From Octopus bimaculoides (Eukaryota): a stretch of 64,000 bases of DNA. Where the stretch lies: positions 14,763,806-14,827,805 of the forward strand of contig NC_068983.1 of the NCBI RefSeq assembly GCF_001194135.2, written 5' to 3'. Below the pieces are notes generated by a model that saw only the letters and a list, made by a program, of their open reading frames with translations, did not search any database and was not told the origin of the DNA. Positions 55,096 through 64,000 of the stretch are shown in pieces. Position numbers and translations under genes: made by a program. Position 1 is the stretch's first letter. Every line of letters starts with the position of its first letter.

Positions 55096-56798
55096 GCCGT
55101 CTTAAAAATAAAACCCTAGGGCCGGCGGCTGGCAGAGCTAAATTTAAAGAATATGGCTAAAGAATATGTGATATTCGAACAGCAAAAAGCAAAAATTAGA
55201 ACACCAGATTTTAGAATGAATCAAGCAGCATAATTTAAAAACCTCGTCAGTTTTATATCCTTTAGTCTCAACCAGTAACCAGTAGCCAACGTGAAATAGT
55301 GCCAGCAGTTATGCTACAGAACAGAATCAGTATACCAGATGGAATGTGCTAAACGAGGAAATTTTATGCTACTGCTCTTAAAATGAGGGATATAGATTGC
55401 TCTGAAATATTACTCTGTTGACTGCCGAAGTCTGTTTTATGGTATGGATTCAACTCCATATTGATCTGTCAGGCTTTTTTTGTCTGAAATTTTAAAATCA
55501 TTTTCTTTTCAACGTGATCTCATCTTCAGATGTGTGGTGTTAACATAATGCAATGGTGCATGTTTCATGAATTTACATCGCTATAAATACTAATGTTTAC
55601 TACTAGTCATTCTAAGTCCACTTTCACTTAAACTTGTTTCTGCATATCTTTAATCTGTCTAATTACATTTCCCTATTCTTGTTAATTTAGGCAAGTTTTA
55701 CATTCAAATTGCCACTATAATGTTGCAGCGGGAGCGGTAGACCGAATCTGTTATTCTGTTTAACAGCAACGGCTAACCCTCGTGCGTCTTTAGTGGTCTC
55801 CGATTTCTTGCTAGCATTCCAGCCCTGTATCCCGGTAGAGACTTCCTTATTTCTTCTTTCCCAAGTCACGGGGGTCTGAGAAGAGATGTCATGGGTGCTG
55901 CTCCTTCCACTACGGATGACTAAGCAATTGCAAAGGCCATATAGCCGTAGTCTTCTAGTCCTATTACCCAAAATCGTATTAAGATAATAAACAATAATTA
56001 TTTTAGGAAATCATTTAAACTACAGAATTTTACGACCACACTATCAGCAAATTAAAATTTCCATTTGACTTTGTACACATCGATACAAAAGAAATATGTT
56101 TTAAACTATTTCCCAGATGAATTTTAATAGACCAAGTGGATCTATTAATTGATAACAGTTTCGAGTTCTTCGATTCAGTAATCGAACTATGGATGGACAC
56201 ATTCCTAGACATTCTTTATTTCCATTCAATATCGCTTTCTATTAGAAATAATCGTTTTATCTTCGTAAAACTGTAATCGCTATTTTTCTATAAACCAAAA
56301 TCTTATTTTCGTTATTAATGTATAGTGAAGAAAGCATCATTATCAGTAATTGCTTTCGAAAGAAAGAACAGGAAAAAAGAGAAGAAATCTTTTAACAGCA
56401 GCAAGTTATCTTGCTGTGAGAGCGTATGTAGAAATATCTGATTTGTTGAAACAAAAATAGAATAAAATAAAATGTAGAGTTAATTACTGTTTTACAGAAA
56501 GGCATATTTGAAATCCTATTTTGAATTACACACATTAACGCTTTCAATATGAAAACTCTTATTCTCTGCAATGCTATTCCCAGGTTGATGTTATTCATAA
56601 TTGTATAAAAATAACATATTATTGCAGACACGAAACACTCAGGTTTGCTTTTCTTATGATTGAAAGTGAAAAACAAAAACGCTGTCAGTGGAATGATTAG
56701 AGATGGATAGACAAGTGCATTACAACAAAGAACGCTCGATAGCAAGATACTGATAAATAAATAAATAAATAAATACATACATACATACATACATATGG

Positions 56799-56843
<45 letters not shown>

Positions 56844-57281
56844 CATGGGGAAATGGAAAGAGATTAGAAGAATTAAAGATGAGATATGGATTGATATTGA
56901 AACTACGCGCTGCATCATTTGGAAGATCCAAAAGGTTTCCTGCGCAGAATGAATTAAAGCATAAAACTATCTAAATGAAGTTTTGGTGGTAGTATTAAGA
57001 AAATGAATATTTAATGGTAGTATTAAGAAAACATGGAGAAGATGCTTTAGTGACTCATACGTTTTTGTGAGAATACAATATCTTAAAATGTTTCGGTCGA
57101 AGAGGTGAGAATGGGAGTGTATAACGCTGCAAGATAGAGCAATGGAAACTTTCTCAACCACTCCTTAGTTCGTTTTGTTTTTGTTTCTTATAAAGAATTT
57201 ACATTGTATAATAAAATTATGTGATTCGAATGTCTTTAATCATAACATCTGGTAGCATGATCTGAGTCTCAACAAGAGTAA

Positions 57282-57282
<1 letters not shown>

Positions 57283-57328
<46 letters not shown>

Positions 57329-57330
57329 GC
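57283..57330. repeat. (CAA)n microsatellite
   Basis: Direct reading. Confidence 0.9.
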
Positions 57331-57400
57331 AGCAACGACAACGACATCAACAAAAGCTTCTGATGTTGTCATTGTCATAGTTATTGCCATTGAAGAGTTA

Positions 57401-57628
57401 TTTGGTTGTCTGGAAAGTTCGTGCCGATTTTTAAAAGAAAGAAAAATGTCAATAAATACTTGCCATTACATTTTTAATCATCTAAATATGAACCATTTTG
57501 TTGCACAATGCATCCCCATCTTTCCTTTAACTTGAAAATACCCTCTTCCCAGAATTGAGGTAGTTTCATGGCAAATAAGTCGAAAGGTAAGCTACTATAA
57601 ATCAACACGAACTTTCTGGACAACCCAA
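57401..57628 (-). mobile_element. 228-bp mariner-derived MITE
   Basis: TA TSDs at 57399-57400 and 57629-57630; 23-bp TIRs with 3 mismatches; minus strand keeps the transposase end FWEEGIFKLKERWGCIVQQNGSYLDD*. Confidence 0.88.
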
Positions 57629-57767
57629 TATTTTATGGATATTCAAATAATCGTCATGCTAGCACTGGTGGACAGAAGTATAAGTGATACTATGTTATGT
57701 GCACAAGCGGTGTGTTGCTGCTTCCGCAGTATGGAAAGCAAACAACACTTCTGTCCTTATTCTATCT

Positions 57768-58424
57768 TCTTTTACTTGTCTCGGCTGTAGGACTGCGGCC
57801 ATGCTAGTGCGCTACCTACAAGGGTATAACTAAATCAATTGATCCCTCGGCACATATCTTTTCAATTCTAGTACTTATCCGATTTGTTGTCTATTGTTAT
57901 ACGGAGACATAAACAATTATTCTTTTCTATTCTAGGTACAAATCTCGAAATTTCTGAGTAGGGGGCCAATCGATTACATTGACTCCAGTACGTAACTGGT
58001 ACTTAATTTATTGACATCCGAAAAGATGAAAGGCAAAGTTGCCCTCGGCGGAATTTGAATTCAGAATGTAGAGACACACGAAATACCGCTGAGCATTTCG
58101 CCCGGCGTACTAATTTAGCAAGGAGCTAAACAAAGCGGGGACAAACAAGGACAGACAAAGGGATTAAGTGGATTACATCGACCCCAGTGCGCAACTGGTA
58201 CTTAATTCATTGACCTCGAAAGGATGAAACGCAAAGTTGACCTCGGCGGAATTTGAACTCAGAACGTAGCGGCAGACGAAATACCGCTCAGCATTTTGCC
58301 CGGTGTGCTAACGATTCTGCCAGCTCACCGCCTTGAGACAAACAAATTATTACTGAGAAATAAACAAGCCAGTACCAGCTCGCAAGCGGTGGTGGTGGGG
58401 TACACAACTGCATACACGCGCGCG

Positions 58425-58470
<46 letters not shown>

Positions 58471-58712
58471 CACACACACACACTCATACACTCACACACG
58501 GCTTCCAGATGCACACTCACAAGGCTTTCACATACACACACACACACACACACACATACGCGCGGCTTCCACTGTTTTTGTCCACCAAACTCATTCACAA
58601 GGCCCCGTGTCGACTGAAGACAATAACACAAGACTCTTGCGTAAGATGTGACGCAATGGAAGTGAACTCGAAACCAAGTGGTTGCAAAGCGAGATTCTTA
58701 ACTACATCACCA
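57768..58712 (-). mobile_element. SINE cluster: A 3' part (about 57768-57920), B short-tail (about 57920-58113), B long-tail (about 58118-58335), A 5' part (about 58557-58712)
   Basis: Each segment matches the family motifs defined above. Confidence 0.8.
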
Positions 58713-59142
58713 TTCTTGCACTCACTGTTAAAGATTTATTGATAAGACTTACTGATTTGTAGTACTAACACACTGGTAGAAAGCAGTAATCCCACGCGTC
58801 TGTCTTACGTGGCATATCACAGGGTATGATGAATTTGCTATCATCCCAGACTTTGCTGAATCTTTGTGCTATCACGTTTCTGTCAGTAGATCATGATAAT
58901 GTTATTATTTACATTATACAAAACACCAACTCTGCCATATATTTATTTAAACTATTTTTGGGCACGGAACGGGTAGTTAGACGTAAGAAGAGTCATTGTT
59001 TTTCAAGAACTAAACAGCTTTCCTTGCATCTCGGGAGGGTTATTATGCCAATAATAAACACATACACTGGTTCCATTTCACTTCTTTCAAAATTATTATT
59101 ATAACTAACTATTAATACTAAAAAACAAAAAATGGAATAGAA

Positions 59143-59189
<47 letters not shown>

Positions 59190-60026
59190 ATTAATGGTAT
59201 AAAGATGCTCGCGTGATAGAAGAAACATCTGTTTCCAAACCAAATACAAAAACTCAACAGGTTATACAATTTCTGTTTCTGCTTCATTATACATTATTGT
59301 CAAATTCTTTGAGGTATAATAAAAACTGAAATTCTATCCTCAGCTTTCAGTTTTGTGCTTTGATGCCAATGGTGAGATTATTCAGAATATTATTCTTCAT
59401 ACATTTCTCATTTACTCAGTCTCATCAAATATTATCTGTAAAGGGGTTTATCTTGACTTCATTTGAACCACGTTATGTCATGCATATATCTCTGCAATTA
59501 CTTTACCGTCATCAGTAGAATATATCAAAAGTACATAGATGTAAATATATATACATACCCATACAAATACATGCCTATATATACTGTTAATACATATATT
59601 CACTCATATATATATATATATAGAAGGCCAATCCGATTATTTATCTCAACCACGTGCCTATTTGATCAAGATACTTCCGCACTAAACATCAGGATCAGAG
59701 TGAATAAATAAATATATATGCATGTAATAAAAACCATATAGATAAAATTTAATATAGATATATACTTATATAGAAATAATTATAATTAATTATGCTAATG
59801 GAGTGTAATTGGTGTAATGGAAGTGGTTTTTAGAGTCATCTGACGTGTATCACTAGCATGTAGGTGCTGTTTTTCAGTACCCTTAATTATAATTATATCT
59901 CTATAATTATATATCAAAATATTAATATATGTATGTAAATATACACACGTTCACACATACATATATATATATATACACACACACACACATATATATATAT
60001 ATATGTATATATATATACACTCACAT

Positions 60027-60073
<47 letters not shown>

Positions 60074-60241
60074 NNNNNNNNNNNNNNNNNNNNNNNNNNN
60101 NNNNNNNNNNNNNNNNNNNNNNNNNNNNNNNNNNNNNNNNNNNNNNNNNNNNNNNNNNNNNNNNNNNNNNNNNNNNNNNNNNNNNNNNNNNNNNNNNNNN
60201 NNNNNNNNNNNNNNNNNNNNNNNNNNNNNNNNNNNNNNNNN

Positions 60242-60274
<33 letters not shown>

Positions 60275-60367
60275 ATTAGAAAATGGAGGATAATATGCTG
60301 AACCCAACGATTGCAGACAGTGTATCCCGTTGAATTCATTAATTTAATTCATAGCTAAAGTGACAAA

Positions 60368-60611
60368 AAGCCTAAACCTTGCTCCCTGTGACTTTTTGGT
60401 TTTTCCCCAAGCTGAAGAATTTGAACGAGGCCGTGACAAGTGTCCTGGGCACTTCACTTTGGAGGACATCCATTAGGCCTTCACATGGTAGCTGGAGTGC
60501 TGCAACAAGTGCACTGAAGACAGAGGATCGTGCTCTGAAGGAGATTAGAGTTTCGGATTTCTTTGAAATTTGTAAATATCTTCCCGGAAAAAGTCTCGAA
60601 TGCACCTTGTA
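60368..60611 (+). mobile_element. mariner 3' fragment with one TIR
   Basis: SLNLAPCDF motif; end CCGGAAAAAGTCTCGAATGCACCTTG-TA. Confidence 0.65.
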
Positions 60612-60769
60612 TAATACAGCTGTTGAATTTTTTTTCAACTACTAGTGTAAATTGGTATCCATGAAAGGGAACCTTTCTATTACTAAGAATGTATGGCACA
60701 AGGTATAACTAAAAGTCTGAAATCAAACATTCATGTTTAGGTCAAACCTACGAAAATATTTTGAATAGG

Positions 60770-61440
60770 CAACAAGGCTAACTGTTTTGAGGGGAGGTGA
60801 TTAGTCGATACAATGAACCCTAGTACTTCACTGGTATTTTATTTTATAGGCACCGGAGTGACCAATGGCAAAGTTGACTGCAGCAAGTTTTGAACTATGA
60901 ACGTAAAGGAAGGTAACGAAATAATGGCGTCAAATTTTGGTACAAGACCAGAAAGTTCGACGGAAGCGATTAACCCATTACCTACCAGTGATCTCATATG
61001 AGATCACTTAAAAATGACAAATTTCGTAATTATCTGTCAATATTTACACATATCCAACCTTTTTGCTATATCTACTAGGTATATTTCTCTGATATTCAAA
61101 TGATTTTTGCTAATTTTTCACCCAATATCTCGCTTTTTTCTATTTAAAATGTTATTTTGAAATGTTATTTTGAAATATTATTTTGATCATTCCAGCGTGT
61201 ATCTAAGGCTGTTTTATGCTAGAAATCAAAGTTTCGTAAAACAATTCCAGTTAATAGGATTATGGGAGGTGGTGGGTTAAGTTGATTTCACCGACCTCAG
61301 TACTCGATTAGTACATATTTCATCGACTCCGAAAAGTTGAAAAGCAGAGTGGATCTCAGAGGAATTGGAACTCAGAAGCCGTAAATGAACAATGCAAGAT
61401 ATTTCTTCCGACACTGTAATGATTCTGCCAGCCAGTTGGT
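60770..61440 (-). mobile_element. two or three degraded SINE B copies (about 60770-60925, 60940-60990, 61245-61440)
   Basis: TTAGTCGATACAATGAACCCTAGTACT and TTTCATCGACTCCGAAAAGTTGAAAAGCAGAG cores. Confidence 0.6.
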
Positions 61441-61879
61441 TGCCTCTAATGATTTCTTGTAATGTTTCTCCCCACCCCCCCACCTCATCCTTCCTGTTAC
61501 TCTTTCCTCTATTTTAAAAAAAGTTTTAGTCTTATTGCAGAAAGAACGTTTTGTTGATATTTCGGAACTCTTTCAATTAGTTACCTTTATTCTTCAATAG
61601 AATGCTTACTTTTTTTAAAATTTTTAGTCTTCTGTAGATATTTCATATCTTTCTAATTATAGAATCTTCCTATCTCTATGTATTCGTAGTAATTATAAAA
61701 CTTTCTATCGGAATTTGAGCGTTGTACATATTCTAAAAGCAAACATTATTTTTTCTCATTTTCCTGTCTAGTCTCGTTAATTGACTAAGTCTCCAGTGGA
61801 AAATATAAGCATAACTTATTACTGAAACAGCTAAAGCACTGATAACAATTTAATTATTTATTAGCATCTAGCATTGTTT

Positions 61880-62400
61880 TAGGGATTAATTCAATGTGTT
61901 TATTGTATTCCTTGCTAAACTTTTTCTGTCATTCATCCGCTAAACCCAATCTCTAGTTCACGAATATCTAAAAACTTGTAACTCTGTGATTAGTATAACT
62001 CTTTTATCTCTTTTTCTTTATCTAGCATAATATTAATGTCCCAAATTAATTTTCCATCTTCAAGGTTACTTTGGCGTATTTTTCTAACCGAATTTTACAA
62101 ACGTTTCTCTAGAGAATCCGAGTAATGTCTGTAACAGTATTTCCAGATGTTTCTAACATCGACAGCGTAGGATATAAGTTTATCCAGATGAAAAAGAAGA
62201 GAAAATGGTTGATTATTATGGCATAGTACTTGCATCCCGAACCTCATATGCTAAAAGTGTTAAGACCAGTTAGAAACGAATGAGGAAGGGAATCCCTTTA
62301 GAGGCATTTACTTCTAACAGGGTTCTGAACTGTTTTAATAATTAACTCGATTGTTTAATGAGTTGAAAGAATTTGTAGCGGAGAAAGCGCTGTCAGTTGT
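61880..62400 (-). pseudogene. R4/Dong-like RT relic
   Basis: Minus-strand fragments RDSL, IINHFLF, RLEKYAKVTLK and YKFLDIRE follow the RT domain 4-7 order of the 41850 element. Confidence 0.5.
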
Positions 62401-62942
62401 AATGGAGAGATCAGGTACAACATCCAAGAAATAAAGTCATAGATAAGAAGGAACATTGTGTTTCTTATAACTTGGATTATAATTTTGCCAGTCGAACAAC
62501 TTAATTCTGTTGCATGACAACGTCTGAGCTTTCATCCATACACATGCTTTCACGTCTGGTATACCTGGAGGTTGATCTCCATAATATTGATTATCTATTC
62601 ACAGTCATTTCTAGCTAGATACATTCCTAATCGTATAATGCCAACCATTACTAGTTCTAACCTCCCTGTTATTACACTCAAACTATATAACGCACTTGTG
62701 CTTGAATCATCCTCACGAAGAAGGATTTGTCAAAAGTGTGCACGGTCATTATGTGACAATCACATTTGTTTTGTAATTACACATCATGTTGGACGACAGC
62801 CATTTCCTGTTTCTTTCGGTTGATGATTGATTATAAGTGAAAGTTTATAATGCGCGTATGCTTACATGTTTAAAAACATGCGCGCATGCGCCCGTATATG
62901 CGAATGCGGTCGCACACACATAGATAAATAGATAGATAGAAG

Positions 62943-63035
<93 letters not shown>

Positions 63036-63101
63036 TACACATAGATATACATATAGATACATATACATATAAACGTGTGTGTATGTGCATGTGTATGAGC
63101 A

Positions 63102-63155
<54 letters not shown>

Positions 63156-64000
63156 GTATATATGTGTGTTTGTGTATGTCTATATAAATATTATATGCAA
63201 GTACATATGTGTACGTATATGACTCAGTGACGATTTTATTTAACCACAGGATCGTCATATGTCAGTATATTTATGGTTAAGAACATTCCAATGGTAATCA
63301 ACCACATCTTGGTTTTTCAGCCATAGCATATATAGTATATATCTCACCGCTACGTGGTGGTTTCTCTTTATGATGGTAGGCTGTTATTTGGGGTAGATAT
63401 TGCTGGTCATTTTAGTTGAAACTCAAGAAAGGAATCTCTCCCTTTTTCTTTGAAGTTTTTGATAGGTCAATTACTTTGAAAATTTGTTGTTTATATGACT
63501 AATGTAAAAATAAGCAATTTCCATGCAGATAACTGTATGCTGTATGTCCGTATATAAAATAAATATTTAAAAGAAGATTGTTATGCCTTTATCAAAAACG
63601 GCTCGGCCATTAAAAAATAAATTGAATCAGCTCAAATATAATATGAAAAGTTCTTTGTTGTAAACCTGATAGTAAATTACTCTATAATTTGCAGCATTAT
63701 AAACTCTTTAGCATTGGAAGAAAAAAGATACTAAGAAACAGAGAAATTCAGGTAGAAACTTCCATACGAAATTGAATATGATCTCAAGTATATCTAACGG
63801 CGACAGTTAGTAAAAAAAAATGTTGATATTTATAAGCAATCCCAACAATTTTCACTATGTTTGTTTGCCTTGAGAAAGACTAACGATCTAACATTTCCGG
63901 CACTGCAATTTGTGAAATAAAACGTTCAAACATCACGAAATATGTAGACAGAAATCTTAAGCTTGTTTTACAGTATCCTCGAGAAAAAGGAAACGATTCT

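Overview
AT-rich, microsatellite-dense animal DNA from a gapped short-read assembly, with 16 N-runs, most flanked by simple repeats. The SINE families and the (TA)n/(CA)n load suggest an octopod cephalopod such as Octopus (inference). No host protein-coding gene can be supported; most ORF-track entries are microsatellite or N artefacts. The window is a transposon graveyard: about 20 tRNA-derived SINE copies of three families (my labels A, B, C), six Tc1/mariner relics or deletion derivatives, two hAT transposase relics, a Penelope-like RT+GIY-YIG relic, a Tx1/L1 ORF2 fragment, two R4/Dong-like RT relics and a HERO/NeSL-type endonuclease fragment. The most interesting items are (i) a ~160-bp-arm inverted-repeat element with a hammerhead ribozyme core (36178-36782), (ii) an ORF1-only, RT-less retroelement inserted with an apparent 15-bp TSD into the tRNA head of a SINE (32159-33607), (iii) an internally inverted R4/Dong element and (iv) a tails-out SINE palindrome. 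Family names come from motif recognition only; no searches were run.
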